From positions 1 to 42,634 of the forward strand of contig JAAAPH010000459.1 of the NCBI GenBank assembly GCA_009908415.1: DNA of 42,634 bases, in the 5' to 3' direction. This DNA comes from Bacteroidota bacterium. Lineage in GTDB: Bacteria; Bacteroidota; Rhodothermia; Rhodothermales; Salinibacteraceae. This document shows positions 7,394 to 16,264 of this stretch, piece by piece. Numbering within the stretch: position 1 is the first letter of the stretch; each line of letters opens with the position of its first letter. A program made the translations under genes and the position numbers. A model generated the notes under the pieces. It searched no databases and was not told where the DNA came from. It saw nothing but the letters and a program-made list of their open reading frames with translations.

Positions 7394-9268
7394 ATGGCTT
7401 ACACCGGACGTTCGATGGCAGACTCCATGCGGTGCAGCACCTTTTCCTCCCTTTTCCCTTTTCCCTTTTCCCTCTTTCCCGTTTTCCTCGCCTTCGCTCT
7501 CGTGCTTGCGGGCTGTGCCAATCCGGTCCCCCCGGGCGGCGGGCCGCGCGACACGACGCCGCCCTCCATCGTGGAATCCACCCCCTCCGAGGCTGCCGTG
7601 AATGTGGACCTCAGCGCGTCGGTCGACATCGCCTTCTCGGAATACATCGAGCGCGGCTCGTTCGAGCAGGCCCTCACCATCACGCCTCGTCCGGACGGCG
7701 AGTTGGAGATCGATTTTGACGGACGCTCGGTGTCCATCGAATTCCCCGAAGCGCTGCGCGACAACACCACGTACATTCTCACGCTCGACACCAACCTGCA
7801 GGACACGCGCGGCGTCAGCCTGGAGGAGCCGATCACGCTGGCCTTTTCCACCGGCCCCACGATCGACCGGGGACAGATCAGCGGGCGCGTGGTGCAGGCC
7901 GACGACGGCGCCCCCCAGGAGGGCATCGACGTGTACGCGTACATCCTGGACGACAGCACGGATGCCGGCTCCACGGCCCCGCTCGATTCGCTTCCCTCGC
8001 GCCCGGCCTACCGCACCCAAACCGGCAGCGACGGCGCGTTCCGGTTCGATTACCTGAAAGAGCAGCCCTACTTCGTCATCGCCTTGACGGACAACAACCG
8101 CAACCGGCAACCCGACCCCGTCGAGGCCTTCGCACCGCCCCCGCAGCACGCGGTCGTGGCCGACAGCACGGGGGCGACGATCCCGCGGCCGTGGGTGGCC
8201 GCCCGGCCCGACACGCTTCCGCCCCGGTTCGTTCGCATCCAATCGCGCTCGCGCCGCCGCCACGCGCTTCGATTCGACGCGCCCGTGCAGCTGCTCGACC
8301 GCACGCCGGACCGCTGGCAGCTTCAGGATTCGGTGCGGGACGCCTCCGTCTCGGTCGGCGCCGTGTACCAACGGGCCGGCTCCCGGAGCCTCATCGTCCT
8401 CCGGACGCCGCCGCTGAACCCCACCCCGCACCGTCTGATCCTCCCGGCCGAAACCGTGGCCGACTCCAGCGAGAACACGGTCGATACCGACACGCTGCGC
8501 TTTACCCCCGTAGACGAGCCCGATACGCTGCAAACCCGCTTCGTGCGCTTTGTACCCCAGGGCCTTTCGCCCGATACGACCAACGTGTACACGCTGCTTC
8601 CGGATGAACCACCCGGGGTGCGCCTCAACGAGCCGATCGACAGCACCCGCCTCCGCGCCGTCATCACGGCACAGGACTCGCTGGGCGCGGCGCGCGACGT
8701 TACGCTGTCGACCGCCGACGGCACGACGTATCGCCTGCACTTCACACCTGCCCTGCGTTCCGCTGAGCGCGTGGACGTGCAGGTGGGCGGTCCGCCCCTC
8801 GCCCGCACCGACACGACGTTCACCCGGATGTTTCGGCGGATTTCGAACCGACAGCTGGGCTCGCTGAGCGGTACGGTGGCCCTCTCGGACCTCTCACGCC
8901 CCGACACGACCGATCCCCCCGCCGATACACTGTCCGCACGTGCGTCCGCTGATACGGCTGATACGCTGGCGGCGGCTCTCATCGTGGAGCTGTACGCCAC
9001 GACGGCGACAGCCGCGGCCCGGGCGACCCCACGCAGCGCGACGGCGGACAGCACAGGGCGGTTCGTTTTTTCGCAGCTTCCAGAAGGCACCTTCCGCTTC
9101 CGGGCCTTTCTGGACGTGAACGGCAACGGCACGTGGGACGGCGGCTGGCTCGTGCCGTATCAGGCCCCTGAGCCCATCACCTGGAGCGAGGGCACGATCG
9201 ACAGTCGCCCGCGTTGGGAAAATGTACTGGAGTCGCCCCTTCGCATTCCCAGGCCGCCCTCTGACTGA
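7394..9268 (+). CDS. Lipoprotein with an N-terminal Ig-like (SbsA/Big_5-type) domain and a C-terminal CarboxypepD_reg-like domain
   Basis: The lipobox VLAGC follows a hydrophobic segment. DTTPPSIVESTPSEAAVNVD is typical of Ig-like domains. TGRFVFSQLPEGTFRF lies near the C-terminus. ATG 7394 sits 7 nt after a purine-rich SD-like run. Alternative starts are at 7415 and 7427. Confidence 0.7.
   Translation: MAYTGRSMADSMRCSTFSSLFPFPFSLFPVFLAFALVLAGCANPVPPGGGPRDTTPPSIVESTPSEAAVNVDLSASVDIAFSEYIERGSFEQALTITPRPDGELEIDFDGRSVSIEFPEALRDNTTYILTLDTNLQDTRGVSLEEPITLAFSTGPTIDRGQISGRVVQADDGAPQEGIDVYAYILDDSTDAGSTAPLDSLPSRPAYRTQTGSDGAFRFDYLKEQPYFVIALTDNNRNRQPDPVEAFAPPPQHAVVADSTGATIPRPWVAARPDTLPPRFVRIQSRSRRRHALRFDAPVQLLDRTPDRWQLQDSVRDASVSVGAVYQRAGSRSLIVLRTPPLNPTPHRLILPAETVADSSENTVDTDTLRFTPVDEPDTLQTRFVRFVPQGLSPDTTNVYTLLPDEPPGVRLNEPIDSTRLRAVITAQDSLGAARDVTLSTADGTTYRLHFTPALRSAERVDVQVGGPPLARTDTTFTRMFRRISNRQLGSLSGTVALSDLSRPDTTDPPADTLSARASADTADTLAAALIVELYATTATAAARATPRSATADSTGRFVFSQLPEGTFRFRAFLDVNGNGTWDGGWLVPYQAPEPITWSEGTIDSRPRWENVLESPLRIPRPPSD
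7449..7472 (+). repeat. Heptanucleotide repeat (ccctttt) x3.4 inside a 41-nt polypyrimidine tract (7440-7480)
   Basis: Read directly from the sequence. It lies in the signal-peptide coding part of the lipoprotein gene (FPFPFSLFP). Confidence 0.9.
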
Positions 9269-10884
9269 TGAGCACTGCACCGACCTTCCACTACACCGCC
9301 CCGCCGTCGCTTCCGCCCGTGCTAACGGCCGATGCGATGCGCGAGGCCGATCGGGTCACGATCGAGGACTTTGGCGTGCCGAGCTTTACGCTGATGGAGT
9401 CGGCCGGGCGCGGCGCGGCCGATTGCATCGCCGATGCGTACGGGCCGCTGACCGAACGCGGCGTGATGGTGCTGTGCGGCAAGGGCAACAACGGCGGCGA
9501 CGGACTGATGGTCGCGCGCCAGTTGCTCGCCCGCGGCGCGACGGTCCACGTTGTGCTATCGGCCGCGCCGGATGCCCTGCGCGACGATCCGGCTCGCAAC
9601 TACGACCTGCTGGAGCAGCTGGCCGAGGCGCACGGCGATCGGCTCGGGCTGCACGCCTTCGACACGACCACGGCGCTCGATGCGCTGGCCCGCCGCACGC
9701 GCCCCGCGCTCTTCATCGACGCCCTGCTGGGCACCGGTCTCACCAGCGCCCTGCGTGCACCCATCGACGGCATCGCCCGGTGGCTCAACGAGCAGCGGGC
9801 CCCGACCGTCGCGCTCGACGTGCCGACGGGCCTCCACAGCGACACCGGGGCCGTGCTGGGCACGGCGGTGGACGCCGATCGCACCATCACCATGGCCGCG
9901 CTGAAGGCCGGGCTGCTCATCGGCGCGGGGCCGCGCACAACCGGCGCCATCGATGTGGTTGAGATCGGTATCCCGGATCATGTCATCGAGCACACGCTAG
10001 ACACGCCAGGCTGTGCACGCCTGACGACAGACGCCGCCATCGGCGCGTGGCTGCCCACGCGGTTGCACGATGCCCACAAGTACAGTGCGGGCATGGCCCT
10101 CGTCGTAGGCGGGGCGCCCGGCTACACCGGCGCCCCCGTCATGTCGTCGCTGGCAGCCGCTCGGGGCGGCGCCGGGTACGTGGCGTGTGCCACCCCGGCC
10201 GCGGTGCAATCCACCCTGGCCGGCAAGATGACCGAGGTGCCTACGATCGCGCTGCCCGACGGCGACGGGGGCCTCCAGCCCGACGCGGCCCTGCACGCGC
10301 TGGCGGATCCACTGGACAAGGCGCGGGCCCTGCTCGTCGGGCCCGGCCTCGGCCGCACCGCCGGCACCTCCCAGTTCGTGCGCGACCTCCTCCGCGCGAG
10401 CGACCATCCTGCCGTAATCGACGCGGATGGGCTGAACGCGCTCGCCGAGGACCCAGCCCCCCTCGACCAGGCCGCGGGCCGGTGGATCCTGACGCCGCAC
10501 GCCGGCGAGTTCCGCCGCCTGGCCGGCGACGATGCGGATCTTGACGATCCCATTCGGACCGCGCAGACGTACGCCCAGCGCTGGAACTGCGTGCTGCTCC
10601 TGAAGGGGATGCCCAGCATCGTGGCCGCCCCCGACGGCACGGCATTTGTAAATGGAACCGGTAACCCCGCGCTGGCTACCGCCGGCACGGGCGACGTGCT
10701 GGCCGGGCTCTGCGTAAGCCTGCTGGCCCAGGGCCTCCCGCCCACCCAGGCAGCGCTCGGCGCCTTGCACCTGGGCGGCGCAGCCGCTGACCGCTACGCG
10801 GCCCACACGGAGAGCCGGACGATGATGGCTCTCGACCTCCTGACGCAGCTTCCTCCCGTCCTGAACGAACGCTTCCGCTCATGA
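9268..10884 (+). CDS. nnr: Bifunctional NAD(P)H-hydrate repair enzyme (epimerase/ADP-dependent dehydratase, YjeF family)
   Basis: The N-terminal YjeF_N motif is VLCGKGNNGGDG. The C-terminal carbohydrate-kinase part contains KYSAGMALVVGG, TPHAGEF and GTGDVLAG. The ATG overlaps the preceding stop (TGATGA). Confidence 0.9.
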   Translation: MSTAPTFHYTAPPSLPPVLTADAMREADRVTIEDFGVPSFTLMESAGRGAADCIADAYGPLTERGVMVLCGKGNNGGDGLMVARQLLARGATVHVVLSAAPDALRDDPARNYDLLEQLAEAHGDRLGLHAFDTTTALDALARRTRPALFIDALLGTGLTSALRAPIDGIARWLNEQRAPTVALDVPTGLHSDTGAVLGTAVDADRTITMAALKAGLLIGAGPRTTGAIDVVEIGIPDHVIEHTLDTPGCARLTTDAAIGAWLPTRLHDAHKYSAGMALVVGGAPGYTGAPVMSSLAAARGGAGYVACATPAAVQSTLAGKMTEVPTIALPDGDGGLQPDAALHALADPLDKARALLVGPGLGRTAGTSQFVRDLLRASDHPAVIDADGLNALAEDPAPLDQAAGRWILTPHAGEFRRLAGDDADLDDPIRTAQTYAQRWNCVLLLKGMPSIVAAPDGTAFVNGTGNPALATAGTGDVLAGLCVSLLAQGLPPTQAALGALHLGGAAADRYAAHTESRTMMALDLLTQLPPVLNERFRS

Positions 10885-11285
10885 CTGCCACGTACTACCG
10901 GATCCTTGCCGTAGGTTGGAGCCTGGCCATCCTCGTCGCCTACTCCGTCCCAACCACCGGCCTGCCCTCCAGCACCCTGCTCCAGATCGACAAGGCCGCC
11001 CACTTCGTCATGTTTTTGGGTTTCGGCTTCCTGTGGATGCACGCCATTCACCCCCGTCGCCCCGACGCCCAACGGAAGGCCACGTCGCCCGTGCGGGCAT
11101 TCGCTCTCATCGGGGTCGGCATCGGGCTGTCGGTCCTGGCCGAGCTCTACCAAACGATGCTGCCGCGCCGCGCCGCCGAACCGTACGATGCCGCGGCCAA
11201 CATCCTCGGCGTCGCGGTGGCCGTGGGCGCCTTCTGGTGGTGGTACCCATCGCGGACGTCCCGCGACCTCAAGCAGACCTCATAG
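10881..11285 (+). CDS. VanZ family membrane protein
   Basis: 134 aa with four hydrophobic segments and the DKAAHFVMFLGFGFL motif. It has a 4-bp overlap with nnr. Confidence 0.7.
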   Translation: MTATYYRILAVGWSLAILVAYSVPTTGLPSSTLLQIDKAAHFVMFLGFGFLWMHAIHPRRPDAQRKATSPVRAFALIGVGIGLSVLAELYQTMLPRRAAEPYDAAANILGVAVAVGAFWWWYPSRTSRDLKQTS

Positions 11286-11300
11286 CTTTACGAATTTGTG

Positions 11301-11324
11301 AAGGCCCTGCTGGGCAGGCTTTTC
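11301..11324 (+). terminator. Possible intrinsic terminator after the VanZ gene
   Basis: An imperfect GC hairpin (ggccctgc-tgg-gcaggc) is followed by ttttc. Confidence 0.4.
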
Positions 11325-11467
11325 GAACCGCTGCACGCATTCTTCGCTTGAAACTCATGTGCCTGCTTCTTAGTAGTTACTTCATGCGATAGGGGATTTC
11401 GCCCTTTCGCCAGCGAAGCAGTACTCGCGGAGCGATGCCACCAGCCATTTGACCAACACAACTCATC

Positions 11468-12130
11468 ATGGGTGTTCGCAAAGACGATAGTGCCGACTTA
11501 CGTAAACAATACCCGATCTACGTACAGGTCGGGATGATCGTCGCCCTCCTCCTTCTGATTCTTGCCTTCCGCGTCGACTTGCGGCAAGAATCCGAATTCC
11601 AGGTCGTCATGGAAGAGCAGGAGGTCGTCCAGATGGAAGAGATCCAACAAACCGAGCAGGAAACGAAGCCCCCGCCCCCGCCCCGGCCCCCGGTTCCGGT
11701 AGAGGTGCCGAACGATGAAATCATCGAGGACGAGGCCGTCGACCTCGACGCATCGCTCGACCTCAACGAATCGCTCCAGACCTCGGCGCCTCCTCCCGCT
11801 CCGGAAGAGGAAGAAGAGGAAGAAGAGCAGGAGGTCTTCATCGTTGTGGAGGACCGCCCGGAGCTGATTGGTGGCATGGCGGCGCTCCAGCAGGCCGTCG
11901 AGTATCCTGAGTTCGCCAAGAAGGCCGGTATCGAAGGCCGCGTGTTCGTCCAGTTCGTCGTGGACGAGCAGGGCAACGTCACGAACCCGCAGGTGACGCG
12001 CGGCGTGCACAAGCTGCTCGACCAGGCGGCGCTCGAAGCCGTGCGAGAAATGAAGTTCAAGCCGGGCAAGCAGCGGGGCAAAGCCGTGAAGGTGCAGATG
12101 TCGCTGCCGGTGACCTTCCGTCTCCGCTAG
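11468..12130 (+). CDS. TonB family energy transducer
   Basis: An N-terminal TM anchor, a Pro-rich spacer (KPPPPPRPPVPVEVP), an acidic EEEEEEEE run, and a TonB_C domain (YPEFAKKAGIEGRVFVQFVVDEQGNV...AVREMKFKPG). Confidence 0.85.
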   Translation: MGVRKDDSADLRKQYPIYVQVGMIVALLLLILAFRVDLRQESEFQVVMEEQEVVQMEEIQQTEQETKPPPPPRPPVPVEVPNDEIIEDEAVDLDASLDLNESLQTSAPPPAPEEEEEEEEQEVFIVVEDRPELIGGMAALQQAVEYPEFAKKAGIEGRVFVQFVVDEQGNVTNPQVTRGVHKLLDQAALEAVREMKFKPGKQRGKAVKVQMSLPVTFRLR

Positions 12131-12166
12131 TACACACGGGGGCCGAGCTGCACGTACCGACGTTTC

Positions 12167-12203
12167 AAAACGCGCACTCCCTACATCGGGGGGTGCGCGT
12201 TTT
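12167..12203. terminator. Bidirectional intrinsic terminator between the convergent tonB-like gene and rpiA
   Basis: A 15-bp stem with one G-U pair (aaaacgcgcactccc / gggggtgcgcgtttt) and a 7-nt loop. A-runs and T-runs on either side give a U-tail on both strands. Confidence 0.7.
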
Positions 12204-12245
12204 GTGTTAGGCACCTGTGCCCACTCTGGCTTCCGGGCGGGACAA

Positions 12246-12935
12246 CTACGCAAGGTGCTTCACGGCCCCATCCGGCTGCCCGATCAGCACGTCGGTAGCG
12301 AGTCCGAGGAAGAGCCCGTGGTCGAGCACACCCGGCGTCGAAAGCAACGCGCGATCTAACTCCGCCGGGGCGTCGATGCCCTCGAAGTGGGCATCAATCA
12401 CCCAAAAGCCCTGGTCGGTGATGACCGGGCCGTCCTTCCGCATGCCCATGCGCAGCTCGGGGTCCGCGCCCAACGTGCGGAGCGTGCGCAGGACGGGCTC
12501 GGCGGCCATGGGCAACACCTCGACGGGGAGCGGCATGGCGGTCCCGAGCTGATCCACCCGCTTCGATGGGTCGGCCAGCACGACGAATCGCTCGGCTTGC
12601 GCGGCGACGACCTTCTCCCGCGTGTGCGCGGCGCCCCGGCCTTTGATCAGATGCAGGTGTTCGTCGATCTCGTCGGCGCCGTCCAGGGCGATATCGAGCG
12701 CCGCCACGTCGGACAACGAGACGAGCGGGATGCCGTGCTGGCGCGCGAGCCGCTCGGCGGCGTACGAGGTGGGCACGCCGCGGATGGTGAGCCCGTCCTC
12801 GCGGATGCGGCGGCCCAGCGCGTCGAGCGCGTACGCCGTGGTGGAGCCGGTGCCCAAGCCCACGCGCATCCCCTCTTCGACGAGGGTAGCGGCCTGCTCG
12901 CCGGCAGCGCGCTTTGCAGTATCTTGTGCGTTCAT
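12246..12935 (-). CDS. rpiA: Ribose-5-phosphate isomerase A
   Basis: VGLGTGSTTAYALDAL, DGADEID and IKGRGAAHTREK motifs. The start is MNAQDTAK (ATG 12935). Confidence 0.9.
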   Translation of the reverse strand: MNAQDTAKRAAGEQAATLVEEGMRVGLGTGSTTAYALDALGRRIREDGLTIRGVPTSYAAERLARQHGIPLVSLSDVAALDIALDGADEIDEHLHLIKGRGAAHTREKVVAAQAERFVVLADPSKRVDQLGTAMPLPVEVLPMAAEPVLRTLRTLGADPELRMGMRKDGPVITDQGFWVIDAHFEGIDAPAELDRALLSTPGVLDHGLFLGLATDVLIGQPDGAVKHLA

Positions 12936-13046
12936 AAGTTCGGGGGTCGAGTTGAGCGGTGCACATTGAAAGGTGGGAGACCGGCCTGAATCTGAAGCCT
13001 GACGCCCGAACTTGCAACCCCCAACGCTCACTCCCCAATGCACGAA

Positions 13047-14297
13047 TCACTCGTACCGCAGCGACTCGATGGGATCCAGCCGCGCCGCTTTGTAGGCCGG
13101 GTACCCGCCGAAGACGACGGCGATCGCAATCATGGCCCCCACGCCGCCGAGCGCCCACGCCCACGGGAAGGCCGCGCTGATGTCGAAGTACACAGCCACC
13201 AGGTTGCCGAACGCGGCGCCCAGCCCGATGCCGAGCAGCCCGCCCAGCTGACACATGAACACGGCCTCCAACAAGAACTGGCGCAGGATGTCGCGCTTCT
13301 TGGCACCCACCGACTTGCGGATGCCGATCTCGCGCGTGCGCTCGGTGACCGATACGAGCATGATGTTCATGATGCCGATGCCGGCTGCCAGCAGCGCGAT
13401 CAGCCCGATGCCGGCGCCGCCCGCCGTCAGCGTGCTCGTGAAGTCCTCGAAGGTGCTCTGCACGGAGTCGTTCGTGCCGATCTCGAAGTTGTTTTCCTCC
13501 CCGGGTGGCACCTTGCGAATCACACGCAGCCGTCCGATGACGGTGTCCATCGCGTCCGACACGGCCCGTACCGTGGGCGCCCGCACGCTCACCAGCTCGA
13601 TGTCGCGCTGTGGATAGCCGTACACGTTGAATAGCCGCGTGATGGGCGCAAACATCCGCTGATCGAAGCTATTGCCAAGGAAGCTGCCTTTCGATTCCAG
13701 CACGCCGACGACCTCGTAGCGCTGCCCCTCGATGCGCACGGTCTTGCCGAGCGGCGTCTCATTCGGGAAGAGCACCTCGGCCACATCGGGCGAAATGACG
13801 ATCACCGGCCGCGCATACCGAACGTCGGATTCGAGCAGGCCCCGGCCCGCCTGTATCTCGTAGCTGAAGTTGCTCATGAAATGCTGATTCGTGCCGATGA
13901 TGCGCACGTTGGGCTCGGTCTCCCGATCCTTGTACTGCATGGCATCGACGCCGAAGAATTCCTGCGGGCTCACCGGATAGCTCACCTCGCGGGCCAACCG
14001 CCGCACCTGATCGTACGTGATGTTGGGCCGCTCGCGGTCGCGCCACTCCCCCGTCCGCACCACCGGGTCTTTCGAGACGGTGAACGTGGTGGAGCTGAAC
14101 AGCTGGAGCGACTCCTGGAAGTACACGTCGATGACCTTCACCGCCGTCACCGACGCGATGATGGCGAACACGCCAATCACCATGCCGAGCAGCGTCAGCG
14201 ACGAGCGCAGCTTGTTCGCCCGCAGCGCATTCCACGCCATCCGAAAAGCTTCCAGAATGTTCATGGTCGGTCGTCGATTGTCGATTGTCGAATCCAT
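13047..14297 (-). CDS. ABC transporter permease, MacB/FtsX type
   Basis: N-terminal ALRANKLRSSLTLLGMVIGV, a large periplasmic domain, and a C-terminal FtsX region (VTERTREIGIRKSVGAKKRDI). The start could instead be 14264. Confidence 0.85.
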   Translation of the reverse strand: MDSTIDNRRPTMNILEAFRMAWNALRANKLRSSLTLLGMVIGVFAIIASVTAVKVIDVYFQESLQLFSSTTFTVSKDPVVRTGEWRDRERPNITYDQVRRLAREVSYPVSPQEFFGVDAMQYKDRETEPNVRIIGTNQHFMSNFSYEIQAGRGLLESDVRYARPVIVISPDVAEVLFPNETPLGKTVRIEGQRYEVVGVLESKGSFLGNSFDQRMFAPITRLFNVYGYPQRDIELVSVRAPTVRAVSDAMDTVIGRLRVIRKVPPGEENNFEIGTNDSVQSTFEDFTSTLTAGGAGIGLIALLAAGIGIMNIMLVSVTERTREIGIRKSVGAKKRDILRQFLLEAVFMCQLGGLLGIGLGAAFGNLVAVYFDISAAFPWAWALGGVGAMIAIAVVFGGYPAYKAARLDPIESLRYE

Positions 14298-14341
14298 GCG
14301 CTACGGCGATCGGCCCATCCGGCGCAGTCGCCACTCGCCCT

Positions 14342-15628
14342 TCACTCGTACCGCAGTGCGGCGATCGGCTCGGCCTGAGCGGCCTGCCAGGCCGGCGCCA
14401 ACCCAAAGGCGACGCCCACGCCCGTACAGATGCCGAATGCGAGCATCACCGTCTCGAACGGCAGCACGGCCTGCACGCCGATGAGGGTCGTGAGCAGCGT
14501 CGTCAGCCCTGCCGAAAGGCCGATGCCCAGCGCGCCCCCGAGCAGGCAAATGATGATGGCCTCGATCAGAAACTGCGTTAGAATCGTGTGCCGCTTCGCA
14601 CCCACCGCCTTCCGGATGCCGATCTCCTTCGTGCGCTCTTTCACCGAGACGAACATGATGTTCATCACCCCGATGCCGCCCACGAGCAGCGCCAAGGCGG
14701 TGAGGAAGAGGCCGATGCCGTAGATGGCAAACTTGACCGGGGCAAACTGCTGGCGCACGTCCTCCTGGCTCGCGATCTCGAAGTTGTTCTCCTCGATCGC
14801 GTCCAGCTTACGCGCCACCCGCACGATGCCCGTAATCTCGTCGGCCGCGCGGTCCATGACGGCCACGCTGGCGACTTTCACCTCGATGTCGATGCTGCGC
14901 TGGCGCGTGCCGAACAGCTTGTTGAACGTCGCAAACGGAATCCTGACCTGATTGTCGGCCGAGGAGCCGCCCTCGGCCCCGCTGCCCTGCTGCACCTGTG
15001 TGCCGACGACGCGGAACCGGCGCCCGCCGATCGTGATGGTCTTTCCGAGCGGCTGCTCCACCGGAAACAGCTCGCGAGCCACCGTCGCTCCAAGGACGAC
15101 GACGTTGTCCGCGCTGCGTGCCTCTACCGCGCTGAAGAAGCGTCCGTCCTCGATGTCGGGGGGATGCACGCGGGGATAGTCCGCCCCCACGCCGTTGACG
15201 GTGACCCCAATGAGCGTGGTGCTGCGGTAGCCGATGGTGCGGTTCGTGCTCGTCGTCGGGACGGTGGCGACGGCAAACCGCGAGCGCTGGTCGATGGTCT
15301 CGGCCAGCTCCGGCTCGATGCGCGGGCGGTTGATGTAATTCCACCACTCGGTGCCCGGCCCACTGGCGAGCGGCCAGCGGCGCACGTACAGCACGTCGGT
15401 GCCAAACTCGGAGAGCGCCTCCTCGAACTGCCGGTCGATGCCGTTGATCACCGTCGCCATGCCCGTCACCGAAGCAATCCCGATGATGATGCCGAGCGTC
15501 GTCAACACCGAGCGCATCTTGTTGACCCAGATGGCGCGCCCCGCAATGCGGAGTCCTTCAACGATTTCGTACAGCAAACGACGCACGATCGGCAGCAGTG
15601 GTGTGGGAAGTGTGGCGGTCCGACTCAC
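14342..15628 (-). CDS. ABC transporter permease, MacB/FtsX type (paralog of the previous gene)
   Basis: WVNKMRSVLTTLGIIIGIASV and VKERTKEIGIRKAVGAKRHTI. It has the same architecture as its neighbour. The start codon (GTG 15628) is uncertain. Confidence 0.85.
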   Translation of the reverse strand: MSRTATLPTPLLPIVRRLLYEIVEGLRIAGRAIWVNKMRSVLTTLGIIIGIASVTGMATVINGIDRQFEEALSEFGTDVLYVRRWPLASGPGTEWWNYINRPRIEPELAETIDQRSRFAVATVPTTSTNRTIGYRSTTLIGVTVNGVGADYPRVHPPDIEDGRFFSAVEARSADNVVVLGATVARELFPVEQPLGKTITIGGRRFRVVGTQVQQGSGAEGGSSADNQVRIPFATFNKLFGTRQRSIDIEVKVASVAVMDRAADEITGIVRVARKLDAIEENNFEIASQEDVRQQFAPVKFAIYGIGLFLTALALLVGGIGVMNIMFVSVKERTKEIGIRKAVGAKRHTILTQFLIEAIIICLLGGALGIGLSAGLTTLLTTLIGVQAVLPFETVMLAFGICTGVGVAFGLAPAWQAAQAEPIAALRYE

Positions 15629-15671
15629 CCGAGTTCAACGAAGAACCGGCATCGATAGTTACAGGATGGAC

Positions 15672-15730
15672 GTGTGGGCGTCTGGGTGTAGGAGTGTCCT
15701 CCCGCCTTCCCTGCTCCCAGACGCCCACAC
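15672..15730. repeat. 15-bp perfect inverted repeat (gtgtgggcgtctggg ... cccagacgcccacac) with a 29-nt spacer
   Basis: Read directly from the sequence. It lies between the GNAT stop (15750) and the permease start (15628). The spacer contains a further ggag/ctcc stem. Confidence 0.9.
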
Positions 15731-15749
15731 TCCCCGACGCCCGCACATC

Positions 15750-16244
15750 TCACAATTCCTTCTGGAAGCGCAGTCGGTAGTCGTTGTATTGCGGACTGTA
15801 CCCAGCCTTGACGACACGAAACCCCTCGGACAGCCCGAGGACCGTCATCCCCGGGTGTTTGTTCGGGAACGTGTCGAACAGGAACGTTTCGTAGCGCCAG
15901 GCTCGCGCCTGATCCATCATGGCGTGAAGCAGCGCCCGCGCGATGCCGCGCCGCCGATAGGCCGGCAGCACGCCCCCCTTCGCGCTGTAGTACGTCTTCG
16001 CCTTGAACCGATAACCGATCTTGAACCCGGCCGCCTCGCCCTCGACCCGTGCTACCAGCATGAGCAGGTCGTCGCGGTCGAACGTATTGATGATACGCTC
16101 CTCGTCGAAGACGGCGATGTTGAGGCGCCGAATCAACGAGAGCCGGTTCATGCCGACGCGCTGGATGCGCAGGGGCTGTTCGTCGGGTTGCGCGCGCGAC
16201 GCGTCCGCCATCGGCTCGGAGGAGGACTGCGGGGGCTTCGTCAT
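15750..16244 (-). CDS. GNAT family N-acetyltransferase
   Basis: The acetyl-CoA binding motif is VLPAYRRRGIARALLHAMMDQA. Length is 164 aa. Confidence 0.8.
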   Translation of the reverse strand: MTKPPQSSSEPMADASRAQPDEQPLRIQRVGMNRLSLIRRLNIAVFDEERIINTFDRDDLLMLVARVEGEAAGFKIGYRFKAKTYYSAKGGVLPAYRRRGIARALLHAMMDQARAWRYETFLFDTFPNKHPGMTVLGLSEGFRVVKAGYSPQYNDYRLRFQKEL

Positions 16245-16264
16245 GGGGCGGCGGCCAGCATCAA

